From assembly GCF_009914755.1 (NCBI RefSeq), contig NC_060947.1: 64,000 nt of DNA. One strand, given 5' to 3'. Positions 43,882 through 63,786 of the stretch are shown in pieces. The DNA comes from the human T2T-CHM13v2.0 reference genome, Homo sapiens. Every line of letters starts with the position of its first letter. The stretch's first letter is position 1. The notes under the pieces were generated by a model that saw only the letters and a program-made list of their open reading frames with translations, was not told the DNA's origin and did no database searches. A program made the position numbers and the translations under genes.

Positions 43882-46800
43882 GTTTGATAAGGTAAAGTGA
43901 ATATATTATTTCTTCCATTTTACAGAAGAGAAAATTGAAGCTAAAATGAGTTAGATCACTTGTTCAAGGTCACACAGCTAGTATTTAAACCCAGATGTCA
44001 GAATTGATATTTGAGCCCAGGACTGCCTTGATTAACAGTAATAAATGTAGAAGTGTTCTCTCCTGTGTCCCGGCAGGTTAAGAAAAAGCAAAGAATCATG
44101 GGATAAATACTGTCCAAGTAGTTCCAGATATGTAAAAAAAGGTGCACTCACTTTTTAATTACTCCTTAGCCACCTTCTCCAAAGTGCTTAGTCTTTACCC
44201 TCTTTCCTATAAACCCATACTGGAGTTTTAATGGACAACTAATTTGTTAACTAGTAATTTAGCATTAATTGTTACCATTTGAAGGTGTAACTATTTCCAG
44301 GGGAGTATGCATTTTAATAGAGAACTTCTCCCTTGTTGTCTCACTTCCCTTCATACCTTTCCTAGAGTAAGTATATGAGAAGACTTTGTGCTAAGTTGGA
44401 AAGGCTGGTGAGCCTTATCTTAGCCTGTAAGGCATTAGAAGATGCATCTATTGGAGGAAGTACACAGTTACACACTCTGACTCAATTATGGAGAAAAAGC
44501 AACTTGATTTTCTACATCTGACTTCATCTTGTTCTGGAGCCCCAATTCCCCCAGTATCTTTTAGGCTAATTTTTAGTCAATTCAAAGTTCAAACTTCCTA
44601 TTAGGCCTCCCTCAATCTTCTCAAAATGTCTTCTCTTCTCCTTCCTCAAGATGGCATCAGGGTGCAGAGAGAAGTTTGTATAGCCTCAATGCAGCCAGAG
44701 AAGGGGACTTTGTGCTGCATGTTGGTCTCTGGTTCCTCTCTGACCTCTACTGAAATGTCCCTAACTATGGCTGGTCATCATGAATCCTGCATCATGTTTC
44801 AAGTCCACCTGTCCCTTGGGGAATCATGCCAGGAACACTGCCAATGACCTTGAAACTTGCCATTACTCTTAAGGTAAGGTTTCTACACTCAGCTCTCTCC
44901 TCTTCCTGACCCCAGTCCTCTTCGTATGCACCTGTCCTTTCTTCACTCTTGCATCCCCCACCAGGGAATGTGGGAAATTAAGATCTCTTTCATAGCCCTT
45001 CAGGATCAACTACATGGTCCCCAACCCTCTCTTTGTTTTATCATGCCACCTCGATACTCAACTGTGGCTACTCTGTGTTGATATGGGGTATCATGTGAGG
45101 TGAGCCCCTCCATGAGTTATAGATAGGAAGGGCAGTATCATCCCCTTTCATAATCCAGAGTGTGAGGTCAACATCTCAAGCCTAAGCACATTCCTTCCCA
45201 AATATTGCCAAGCTCCTCTGAGCATCAAAACAGCTTTCAGGTTCCCGAGTGGCAGAAACATCCCTTATGTTAATATTCCTCATCCTCACTATACAATAGC
45301 TTATACAATAATTTACAATAGTAAATTATTTTCAAACCACCACATTTTGTTCTTGGTCTGTAAAGGGACTGTTTACCCTCATCAAAGCCTGGTTTTTGAA
45401 ACTATTACCTCACTATACACTCAAAATTACCATTTGAAATTCAGAGCTAGGCAACGATATAGTTGTTCTAGGTCATTTCTGTCTTCCCCCGAAGCAATAT
45501 TTGATTCAATGAGTAGGAAGAGTGCATGCAAGACAACAAGGAAATAGATTATCAGGAGCAAATGACAACAAAAATTGGTTTATTATTTCAAAAATATGTA
45601 AGACACACTTTCATTCTTCAATTTAGGCCAAAAGTACTTTTAAAGCACCTGTCATGCACCAGGCACTATTCGGGGTAGCTATACATAGTGAAGAATAAAA
45701 ATGCCTCAGTCTATTTCTAGTATCACAAATTTACTGTTAAAAAGCTTTTTAAACAGTGGTCAATCCTTTTTGGCTACATTCAATACAACAACACACCAAT
45801 GCAGCCAATCTTTTCTTTTTGCATCTGAGACTAGAGTATTGTGCCTGATCATTTTTGTCTGGGTAACTGGGGGTTAACTTGAAAATTTTATTATTTTTCA
45901 AAATTTATGACCGAAAATCCTATGAGTCAAATTTCCTGCCTTAGTGTGTACAATATAGTAAGTTGCATTAGTGAACAAAATTCAATATTTGAAGATTAAA
46001 GATATTGCCAGGTCTTGGAGTCATCTTTCCAACCATCAATGGCAGCAGTCCAGACTAGTCGTAAAAGGCTTAAGAGATTGTGTTTAACCCATAGCGAACC
46101 CAAAATACACTAGAAATGTTATTTTAAAAGCCCTAGAAGATAGTTATCTTTTCCTACCCCTCTTTCTGCAAAAATACAATTAAGTAAAAAGTTTTATTAA
46201 TTAAGAATCCTCATTAAAGAAAGTTATATTAATCACTCAGATACTTGTTTGAAGCTCACTGTAATAAGATTTTGAACTTCATTATATAAAATTTTATTTC
46301 AAATAATGCTGCAAACTTCTTAGACATTCCAGTACAACTCCTTACTGAAAGATCTTTAAAAGTATTCAGCATTATCATTTTCCTTTATTGAGCCTAGAAT
46401 GCAGTAGTTTTTTGTCTTTCCAAATATACCCTTAATAAAGTGCTTACAAGCTTTTCATAGCTGAAAACTACTTATTAGGGCAGTATTATTATTCCTAAAA
46501 TTTTCCTGATTTTATTGTCTTGCCCCCATATTGTTCAAATTCAGTACAATTATTGCTCTAATTTGAGAGAAGCTGCCATTAGTTAAAGGGATTCCTTAGG
46601 TCACTGGGAATGTTTTGCCCTTCCTTTCTAAAAGAATAATTACATTTTCTACTTAATGAAAAGCTTGTGGTTAAAAAGCATCTCAAGTCGCAGCCAGGCA
46701 AAAACATGAAAGGAAGAGTCACTTACATGTATATGTGAGATCCCATATCTCTTTTATTTTAATTGCTAAACAAATTTTGCAAACTTGAAAAGGGCTAGTT

Positions 46801-48856
46801 TGACAGCCCTTGAGCAAAAGCCCTTTCTTATGAACGGTTAGAGCCTTAACCTATTGTAAAACAACATTAGACCAAAAAAGGGAGCAGCTGGTGGGGTTTC
46901 TTAGGAACAGGGTGTGAGAGTTAGGGAATGAAAAGTTACCTAGCAATTAAGGCGAATATCTTTGTTAAGGAGAGAGCACAGCACCCCTATTTTGCTTCCC
47001 ATTTCTTCCCCTAAAGCCAGTAGAAATTGTTCTTATATTAGTTAAGCTAGGCTTGGAGATTAGGGCAGAAGTGTCCCCATCTGAGTTCAATCACCACTCC
47101 TTTCTCCCAGGATTTCTTGGAGAAAATGACAATTATTGATTTCTGTGCACAAAGGGCAGGCCACTCCCTGATGACAGTAAGGAAGTTTTGAGAATGTAAT
47201 GGAGAATGTTCAAACAGTAGCTGGGATATTTCTAGCAGCAGCAGAAACAGGGAAGGCGGGGTGCTATGCAGATGAATGCTAGCTAGCAGAAGCCAAGAGG
47301 CCCAATACAGGGTTTGTCTGCTAATCACATTCAAACCAACACCTTGCCAGAAAGCCACGTCCCAAGCTCTCCAAATAATGCTTGCTTCAGGGGTCAATTT
47401 TTCCAAGAGCTTTCCATGAAAAGATTTTTAATGGAAATATAAGCTTCATCTGAGCAATAAGGGAAAAAAATGTAAATCTCTTCTCCACCTTGCACTCGCT
47501 TTTCCTGCTGTATTATAGGTAAAAGAAAAACTCATCAGAAATGACTCCACAGCCAGACTCTGACCTCCTCAGATCCTGCTCCCTCTAATCAGGCCACAGT
47601 TGACTGACAGTCAGGAAATAAACCCTTCTTTCAAGGTACAGCCAGAACAGGTTTACAGCAAATGACTAATATGATCTAATCTTCCAGCAATTTCGACAGT
47701 TTTCAATTCTGGAAGATTCATATACGTCTGTTTAACTTTCTGATTCTATCCTTCGACTGCTCATTGAATTATCCTTCAAGATTCAATCTTCTCAAATATT
47801 GCAACCTTTTTGTTATCAAACTCCAGTGTAATATCAGGGTCCACAATGTGCCCAAGTACTACAATATCCACCTGGGGGACATTGAAAAGCCAAAAGTCTA
47901 ACAGCCAAAGCCTTGTTGGTAGGAGGAGTAGAAAACCACTTATCCAATTAGCAAATCCTCATTAAACTGCCACTAGGTGTGCTAGCCACTGTGCTAAGTG
48001 TTGTGGGTGGTACAATCATCAATTTCTGAGATGCCATTAACGTCCACTTGGCCAAAAATCTACCTCTCCCTCGAGCTCACTAATGCCTGAAATCCCTTTA
48101 ATAAGGGACCAAGTCTTTAATTTCCATTCCTGTGAGAGAGAAAAAGTTTATTTAAATTCACAGAGTTGTAAATGACTAATATTAGGGCCACTCCCCAGAC
48201 TGGATTGTAATAGGAAGGAAGAAAGAGAAGGAAGAGAGTAGGTAGTGCTGGAAGCCTGAAGGAAGAGGGAGTGTAGAGGAGGGGAGATAGTACAAAGAAA
48301 AAAGAGGGCAAAGCAAGGAGGCTGAGGGTTACAGAGACCAACATTGCCAACTCCACTATCTTACCAAAGGGCAATTCAGCATGAAACTTGAGTAAGCATC
48401 TATGGGGTCTAAAGAGGAAGAGGTCAAATGCAGCTGGTGCCAGCCAGGCTCTGCAAGAGTTTTACATTTTCTTTTGAATCTGGTAATAAAATACATCCCC
48501 AAAGGGTTCTGATTGAAATAAAAAAAAACATTGCTTCAAGTGTAAAGCAGAATTACTAATCTTAAAATTGCAAAGTGTATTAACATATAAATTATTATTC
48601 CTAAAAGCATTTCAAACTCACTGGTACAGGTGGATCATTTTCTCTGTCCCATTTCAACTATGTTTTACATTTGAAGCTCTATTTTAGACTCCACTATAAG
48701 GCCAGGTTTCAAATTACTTTTATTTACAATTTGATGCATGGAGCTCTGAAATTTCTTAACGTATAGTTCAAGCCTCAATCATCCTTATTTCTATCTTAAT
48801 TTTCAGTGGGCTATGCAAGAAAGAGTTAATGTTTGCATATCAAGTAGGTTCTGCTC

Positions 48857-48873
48857 TGTGTGTGTGTGTGTGT
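48857..48873. repeat. (TG)n microsatellite
   Basis: tgtgtgtgtgtgtgtgt read directly. Confidence 0.9.
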
Positions 48874-48942
48874 AGAGGACAGGGTTATCCGTAATCTCAC
48901 AGAGTGCATCTTTCAAATGGAGACATAAATGAAAGCATAGTC

Positions 48943-49188
48943 ACAAGTCAAGGATGCCCACTTTCACCACTCTGATTCAATATAGTTCTGGAAGTTCTAC
49001 CCAGAGAAATTAGGAAAGAGAAAGAAATAAAGGACATCCAATCTGGAAAAGAGGAAGTCAAATTGCTCCTCTTTGCAGTTGACATGATTTTATAAATAGA
49101 AAAACCTAAAGACTCCACTAAAAAACCCTTAAAACTAATAAACAAATTCAGGAAAGTTGCAGGATACAAAATGAACATACGAAAACCA
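48943..49188 (+). repeat. Local duplicate of the L1 ORF2 segment at 50075-50317
   Basis: About 93% identical by manual alignment; shares non-consensus bases with the neighbouring copy; no poly-A or TSD. Confidence 0.85.
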
Positions 49189-49954
49189 TACAAAAAACAG
49201 GCTCCTCACCCTGCCAAAGAGGAGACTAGCGATGGAGCTGACATTGCTGCTATCATGATGTCATTCCTCTGAGTAGGAGGTGCTGGGACTGTCACATTCA
49301 GCCAGTTTCTTGAAATTAGCATGCTCTTTTTGGTGTTTTTTTTTTTTCAATGGGGTCTTTTAGAACCTTAGGATAGTTGATGAAAAGAATGCTTATGCTT
49401 ATGTACAGCTGACAACAGGAATGATCTTTATGGGCTATATGGGAAAGAGACACTTCATATATAGAGAAGGACAATTTAAAGAAGGGGTTTCTTTCTATTT
49501 CTCATTTCTGTGACAGACAGTAATGTCTCTTCTGCTGGTAGCTTTCAGGGCAAGGAGGTTTGTGTAAGTTGTCATGAAATTCATTATCATACATTTATTC
49601 TCTAAAAATGCAATTGGAGCCACCCTTCATGTGTGCTACATTTAAAATAACTATTCTAAAAAACCTTATCCACATAAAGTACTAACAAGAACACCAAGAT
49701 GGAAAAGAGACTTTTTTTCATTATTGGATCATATCTCAGAGCTGAGGACAATCACAATGCATAAGCCAAGTAGAGCAGAACACAGCCTTTTCAGGGGTGG
49801 CACAGTTACCTTTTCATTTGAGAATGCCCACCCCTAGCCAAAAGGCCTTACAAAGCAAGATTCACTTGACAAATCAGTTCACAATCCACCCAACTCACTC
49901 AGCTTTCGTGCTGCTTCAATATGCTGAAGAAATAGCAGAAATGTGTGTGTTAGA

Positions 49955-52610
<2,656 letters not shown>

Positions 52611-53352
52611 TTTGAAAACAAACGTGGGAGTTAGTAAATTAGGGAACCAGGTCTGGCTCTGTCACTGATCAGTGTCATGACCTTAGTGGGTCTCAGATTT
52701 CCTATCTATACAGTGGAAGAAATGCCACTTGAACACAATAACACTTGAGCTTCCTGTTCCACGTAAGTTCAAATGTAGCAATGAATATTAAAGCAATTTG
52801 AAGGTATAAAATCCAATATGAATGAAAATTGAATTATTCTTTCCACTCCAGAGGAGAATGAGGTTCCACTGGGACAAAATAATGCCTAAATTTCTGCTCT
52901 GGAAAATATTCACAAGACCTTTTCTACTATTAAACTATGACTGTTGGGCTTTCGATCAATTATCAGTTCAGTTCTACCTCTAGTTCCCACTCTGTTCCAG
53001 GCTTTTTCTCTGTAAAGGTCTCCTATATACATCTCCCCAAGGATACTCTATTTTTTTCATATATCTAATGTTGCTATTGAGAAGTCTGAGATCAAACTGA
53101 TTCTTATCTCTTTATACATATACTATTTGTTCTTTCAGGATGCTTTTAGAATTTTCTCTTTCATTCTCTTAATGTTCACTATAAAGTATCCAATATAGGT
53201 TTTCCTTTTTGCTCCTATTTAGCACTCTATGACTCTTTTCAAAATGAAGTTTTTTATTATTTTTCAATTCCAGAAAATTCATCTCCATTATTTTTTAAAA
53301 CAATTAATTCTCTCCATTTTTATTTTCCCTATTTCTTAGACTCCTTTTATTT

Positions 53353-55240
<1,888 letters not shown>

Positions 55241-55412
55241 TTAATATTGTCACTTTTAGTTCCAACTTCCATATCCTTTAGCTTTTTTATGTATTTTTTC
55301 TATTTCCTTATTCTTCCCTGCTACCTTCTAAAAAAGTTCCTCAATTTTATCTTGAACTCACTAACTTGTTTTTTAGCTACATTTATCCAACTATTGATTC
55401 TACCAATTATAT

Positions 55413-55779
<367 letters not shown>

Positions 55780-57119
55780 TGAAAAACTAGCACTGGACCT
55801 GCCCTCCTACCATAAGTAACTAGAAAACTGGACAAAATATAGGAAACAATTGCTTTCAGACAGCAGACAAAAGGGAGTGCAGAACTATGATCTTCGAGAT
55901 AAAGGAAATAAATTATGTAATCTCTGTTATTGCCTAGCTTGCTGCTTGGAGGCAATTTCTGGACCACAGCATAAGGATGGAAAACCCAAGCAGAGCACAG
56001 TGATCTTGCTGATTTAGGAGACAGAGATCTGAGTCCAGGTAGGCCAAGACAGCTATAATTTGCGGGGCAGGGTATAAGAGAGGAGGGAGTTATGCAAAGA
56101 AAGAATTCCAAAATTTGGCATGGGGCTCCCTTGAGTCTTTGCTGAATACTGAGCTGTGCATACATAGAGTGAAACTCCCATGAGGATAGGCAAAGAACAA
56201 CTGCTGAAGAGCTGTAAGCTGAACAATTCCCAGAGCTCAACCAGGACAGGGAAATGTTTGATTTCCAATCAGCCAGAGTGAAGAAATGTTGAGTACCCAG
56301 GAATTTGAGTTGAGACCCCAAAATGATCACGCATTCGTAGTAGGGCTATCCTAGTCCTAGACTAGAGTGAAAGCTACCCTAGACCTACTGCAACAAAGCT
56401 TATAAACAAGCCTTAAAAGTTTGAACCTGACATGAAAATGACTTAAATGCCTGCTAAACAAAACTCAACATTCTTTAAAGTAAGACAACAAAATTCAGGC
56501 ACTCAACAACAAAACATTCACAATATCCAGCATCTAATTAAAACTACTAGACAAGCAAAGAAACAGGAAAATATGACCTATAAACAGAAAAAAAAATTAG
56601 ATGACAGAAAAAAACAGAAAGTGTAGAATTAACAGACAAAAATTTAGAAAAGCTATTAAAATATGTTCAAGGGTTCAAAATAAAACATAAACATAATGAG
56701 GAAAGAAATGGAAATAATTTTAAAAGAACCAAATAAAACTACTAGAGCTAAAAATATATTTGAAATAGAAACTTTACTGATTAGGATTAACAACAGATTA
56801 GACACTGCAGAAAATGAGTAAACTTGAAGACATAGCAATAGAAAGTATCCAAATTGAAACACAAAAAGAAAAAAAGTATGAAAAAATGAGAACTAGAGCC
56901 TCAGTGATATGTGGGACAATATCAAGTGGTCTCACTCATATATAATTGAAGGCCCAGAATGGGGATTTAGAGAAAACATTTGAAGAAATAATGACTAAAA
57001 TTTTCAAAATTTGATGATAACTATAAATCCACAGATTCAAAAAGTTCAACCAACTCCAAGCAGTATAAACACAAAGAGAACCACACCGAGGCACATCATA
57101 ATCAAGCTGCTAAAAACTA

Positions 57120-57425
<306 letters not shown>

Positions 57426-57552
57426 AAAAAGTCTTAAATGCAGCCAAAGGAAAACAAAGAACAGTTTAGGTATAAGGGAACAAAGACAAGGATTAACCCT
57501 GACTTATCAGAAACAATGTAAACTGGAAAGCAATGGAGAGACATCAAAGTAG

Positions 57553-57951
57553 TGTGATGGTTAATACTGAGTGTCAACTTGCTTGGATTGAAGGATGCAA
57601 AGTATTGATCCTGGGTGTGTCTGTGAGGGTGTTGCCAAAGAAGATTGACATTTGAGTCAGTGGGCTGAGAAAGGCAGACCCACCCTTAATCTGGGTAGGC
57701 ACCATCTAATCAGCTGCCAGCATGGCTAGAATATAAACCAGGCAGAAAAATGTGAAAAGATTATACTGGCCTAGCCTCCCAGCCTACATCTTTCTCCTGT
57801 GATGGATGCTTCCTGCCCTTGAACATTGGACTCCAAGTTCCTCAGTTTTGGGACTCTGACTGGTTCTCCTTGCTCCTCAGCTTGCAGACGGCCTATTGTG
57901 GGACCTTCTGATCATGTGAGTTAATACTTAATAAACTCCCCTTTATATACA

Positions 57952-58010
<59 letters not shown>

Positions 58011-58052
58011 GTCCTATTAGTTCTGTCCCTCTAGAGAACCCTGACTAATACA
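57553..58052 (+). mobile_element. MLT2A1-like (HERV-L) solo LTR
   Basis: tgtgatggttaatactgagtgtcaactt...ctctagagaaccctgactaataca; perfect 5-bp TSD agtag. Confidence 0.92.
57948..58010. repeat. (CA)n(TA)n microsatellite in the MLT2A LTR
   Basis: About 20 uninterrupted CA units read directly. Confidence 0.95.
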
Positions 58053-59119
58053 AGTAGTGAAAGGAAAAAAAAAAAAACTGTTAACCTAGAATGCTATATC
58101 AAAGGAGGAAAAAACCTTCCAAAATAAAAGCTAATTACATACCTTGTCAGTCAAACCAAACCAAACCTGAGAGAATTTTTTGCCAGCAAACCTGCACAAA
58201 AAGAAATGTTATACCCAATGCCCAGATATTGGTTTCTAATTTCATTCTGCAACACAAGGGACCAGGGCTCCTCGGAGAAATGGCTGACTCTAGGACTGGG
58301 GCTATGAATATACAAGATGAGCCTGGAGCATTGCATAGTACCAGAAAGTAAGAAAATGCTAAAAAATAAAAATGATAGGGGTATGCCAAAGGGACACAGC
58401 AATCAACTGAAAGAGGTCCCAAAGACCAAAATTGGAACAATTTGAATAAGAAAATAAATAAAACTGTGTGGGATTATAACTAAAAATATAAAATAAATAT
58501 TCATGAGTCCTTACTGATGTAAACAAATAATTTAGTAAACAAATAAATGAGGGAGAATAGAGAAACCTCCCATACAAAAGAATTATAAATAATTTATGTG
58601 GATACTTCCCTCTCAAGGAGGTAGAGCATAACTCCCCACTCCTGAAATGTGGTCTGTACATAATGACTTCCTTCCAAAGAGTACAGTATGAAAAAGAGAG
58701 GAAAAGAGCAACTTTATGGTGGAAAAACTTGAAAACTACTACCTCAGCCAAGGGATCAAGGTTGACATCACTAATAAGCAGTCATGCTGATATCATGTGC
58801 CACTGATATAATATGATGAGAATGGCACTTTACCTCTGTGGTCTTTTTTCCAAGAACATACAACCCCAGTCTAATCCTGAGGAAAACATCACACAAACCC
58901 AAATAGAGGACGTTTTACAAAATACCTAACCAGTAATCCTCAAAGCTGTCAACGTCACTAAAAACAAAGAAAGTCTGAGAAACTGCCACAGTCAAGAGGC
59001 GCCTAAGAAGACATGACAACTAAATGTAATGTGGTATCTTAGATATGACTCTGGGACAAAGAAAAAAGCAAACAAAAATACAGTATGGACTTTAGTTAAT
59101 AAGAATGTAGCAATATTGT

Positions 59120-59880
<761 letters not shown>

Positions 59881-59946
59881 TTTGTAACAAATGTACCATA
59901 CTAATGTAAGATATTGACAATATGGGAAACAGGATGCAGGGTATAA

Positions 59947-60300
<354 letters not shown>

Positions 60301-60776
60301 TAATAACGTATATTGTAAAAGGACTAATGGCCATGCCCTAGTCTAGTCCTAATAAAGAGTTCCAGACATCACAGAACCACTGTTAGTCCTATTTCCTGGC
60401 ACCTTATGAAGCAATTCCTCTGGTCAGTCACTCCTCTGGTCAAGCAATTCATCAGACCTAGGAGTACGGGTGGGGTGAAGGAATCAACGCCAGAGTAGTT
60501 GGTTATCTATCCCCATGCTCATCAACTCCTTACCCCAGCAGGACTTTGGGGTGGCCCACCTACACAGGCATTCTGGACTACTGCAATTGATTATTGCAGT
60601 GATTGAAGCAAGCAGTAATCATTTCAAGGCCACACAGGAATGAGAGGCAGGAATGAGGAGAAGCAGGAATAGAGTTCAGAAAGTTTTCCTCTGTCCTATC
60701 TTATCACTGCTGCCTCTGGATCCTCTGCACCAAGCGACAGTCACCCAACTTTCTACACACACCAGGTCAAGGCAGC

Positions 60777-60941
60777 ATGAAGTATCCCCAGAGGTTTCTC
60801 ACAGTGCTATTGCTTTTGCTGCTGATACTGCTGTTTCTAGAATCTATGTTTCTCTCCAGCTTCTACAGTTTCTTCAGAGTTCATTTTGGGGAGGGAAACA
60901 GCAACTCCTTTATCAGGAATTGTAAATATCACTCTTATTAG
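60777..60941 (+). CDS. Hypothetical 54-aa smORF with a signal-anchor-like N-terminus
   Basis: gcagcATGa (A at -3); MKYPQRFLTVLLLLLLILLFLESMFLSSFYSFFRVHFGEGNSNSFIRNCKYHSY*; no expression evidence. Confidence 0.12.
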   Translation: MKYPQRFLTVLLLLLLILLFLESMFLSSFYSFFRVHFGEGNSNSFIRNCKYHSY

Positions 60942-61150
60942 ATGATGCTTACTCTGTGCACAGAACTTTACTTGCCTTATGTCATTTGATCCTTTCAACA
61001 ACTCTATGAAGTACATGCTATTGTTATACCATGTACATATGAGGAAACTGCAGCACAAAAACGTTAAGCAACATGCACGAGATCACACAGCTGTAAGAGA
61101 TGGAAATAAAATTTAAACCCATTCAGTCTTAATTTAGAGAACACGATCTT
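60935..61150 (-). mobile_element. MIR SINE
   Basis: gcttactctgtgc..tcatttgatcctttcaacaactctatgaagta..atgaggaaactgcagcaca..gatcacacagct. Confidence 0.8.
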
Positions 61151-61261
61151 TGTTCATCATCAGATACCCAGTGATTAGCAGATTGTGAGTACTCAAAAAG
61201 ATTTGTTGAATATTTGTCCAATAATGAACGAATGGATGGATGGTAAAAAAATTACACTATC

Positions 61262-61590
<329 letters not shown>

Positions 61591-61829
61591 TCATGTTTTC
61601 CTCTGTTTGATTGCCTTAGTATCTCAAAAATATACTATGAGGCCAGTCTATGTATCTGCATAGTGCATTCTACTTTTAGTTTTTACCATTTAAAGAAACA
61701 CATTTGCATTTCTAATAAATAGAAACACTTGCCTTTTGATTTTTCTGAGGCAACAGAGGTGACAAATTCTCATTACCAGAGCTCTATCTCAAAAGCTGGC
61801 TTGTTTGCTCACTTTGATTCCTCATGGAA

Positions 61830-62545
61830 GTAGATTCTTCAAAGAAAGAATGTAAATGGCCATCAAACATACAGCAAAGATGCTCAGACTCAACAATTAT
61901 GAATGAAATATATATTAAAAGAATGCCAAAATACCATTATTCAAACTGGCAAAAATTAAAGCACTGAAATACCCAGTATAGGTAAGGGTTCTAGGAAACA
62001 GACTTTCTTATACATTGATTTGTTCTTTGGAGTTTAAGTTGGTACAGCCTTTTTAAAAGAAAATTTGATAAATTCTAACATTGAAATGTGCAGACATGTT
62101 GACTCAAGATTTTCATTTCTAGAAAATTTATGCTACACAAAAGCTTCTGTTGTACAAACATATCTGTTGTAGCATAATGTGTATAAAAACTGGAATAAGT
62201 GAAATTTCTGTTAATGAGAGAATGGTTACATAGATTAAGACAATGGAATACTATGGGGTCATAGAATGAGAGAAACCTATATGTATTTACATGGAAAAGC
62301 ATCCATGATATTGACCAATGAAAAGTACAGAAGAGCCTATAAAATATTATTCAATGTTTATAAGCCAAAACTAATTTATATATGTCTGAATATATACATT
62401 TTTGATATGCATATGAAAATTCTGAAGTTATTCCAATCTATCAATAATAGTTACCTCTGGGGAGTAAGATTAATGGCATGGTGGATCCTCACTTCTGTAA
62501 CACTGAAATTTCTTCACAACCTAATAGCTCTTTTGTAATTTTTAA
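61830..62545 (+). mobile_element. Old L1ME 3' fragment
   Basis: aaactggcaaaaattaaa..ggtacagcctttt..caatggaatactatg..atagttacctctgggg. Confidence 0.65.
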
Positions 62546-63338
62546 ACATGTATATCTGGAAGCAAAGAAAGAAAAAAGGAAGGAAGGAGGACTAACATTT
62601 GCTTAGAATCCTCACTAAGATCAAAAAGAACTACATTTGAAAAATAGCCAGGAATCATAAGGCCTTTGTTTTATTTGATGTCTTCTAGACTTGAGCTTAT
62701 AGGGAAAGCTCTCTAGGCCATTGAGCACAAAGGTTCTTGTAAAGAGCTCAATCCCTCCTAACAGAAAACTCGTGTGGTTTTATGTTGTCATGCTAGTGAT
62801 TAGGGCATCCCACACCCCTTGGGGAGAGAAGAAAGTGTGACAATTGCTTTAGCCCTTGAAAGAAAAATGGATTTAAATGCAAAAGGAAAATTTTCTCATT
62901 TTTTCTTATGTTAATTATTTGAATATATACATATACATGTACATATACATGTATGTATGTATCAGCAGGAACTATCTTCCCTCAGCCACACATGAGAATG
63001 TATCCCCAGTTGTCAGAGGTTGCTGGCCAGATCCTTGCTATTCCCAGTGTCTAAAGTTAGGCAGATAAGGGGCCGTGCAAAGTTATACTGAGAATCTGAA
63101 CAGATGAATGATCCAAACACTGAAAGAAGAGAAAAGGCCAGGGTTCTGGTGGAGGGTTGAAGAGGCAGCCTCTTTTTGCCTCCAACTCCAGACTATGTGA
63201 CCATCTCATTGTTAGACCTATGTTTCTCATAATATGTCTTGAGGGAAAAAAGTCTAATCTCATCTTAAAGACGAGTATCCTTCTTGGTAAGACTATAATA
63301 GTGTATTCAGTCAGCACCCTGACCTTTCTTGCCTTCAC

Positions 63339-63488
63339 CTAGCTGAAATGTGTAGTTGTATAATTAACCAGAAACCAATTAATTTATGCAACTCTTTACC
63401 ATCACTTTCATTTTCATAATGAAGACCATTCCTACCAATTCTGACCCTCACAACGGCAATAATCAATATTAAAATTACACGGCTTAGC
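63339..63488 (-). other. Candidate 150-nt exon (phase 2-2), second exon of a putative transcript
   Basis: Acceptor ttttatttatttcattatttttctcatcctttgttcag|g; weak donor TAG|GTGAAG; open in frame with the upstream exon. Confidence 0.35.
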
Positions 63489-63786
63489 CTGAACAAAGGA
63501 TGAGAAAAATAATGAAATAAATAAAAGTTAACAAACACCAAAAAGCACAACTTATGTTGTTACAGCCATATTTCTTTATATAACAAGAATCATTTTCAGA
63601 ATAGCAGAGACTACAGTTTGACAACCCCTTGTGTGAGCTATTGGCCTGAAAAACACAGCCTTGTAATTATTTAAGGGAAAATGGGCATGGAATTTAGACA
63701 GAAGGAATGTCCAGATAAGTCCATATTTGGAGAATAAAAACAAAATACTAGATTACACTGTGTAGGTATGATAGACCCGTACTTAC

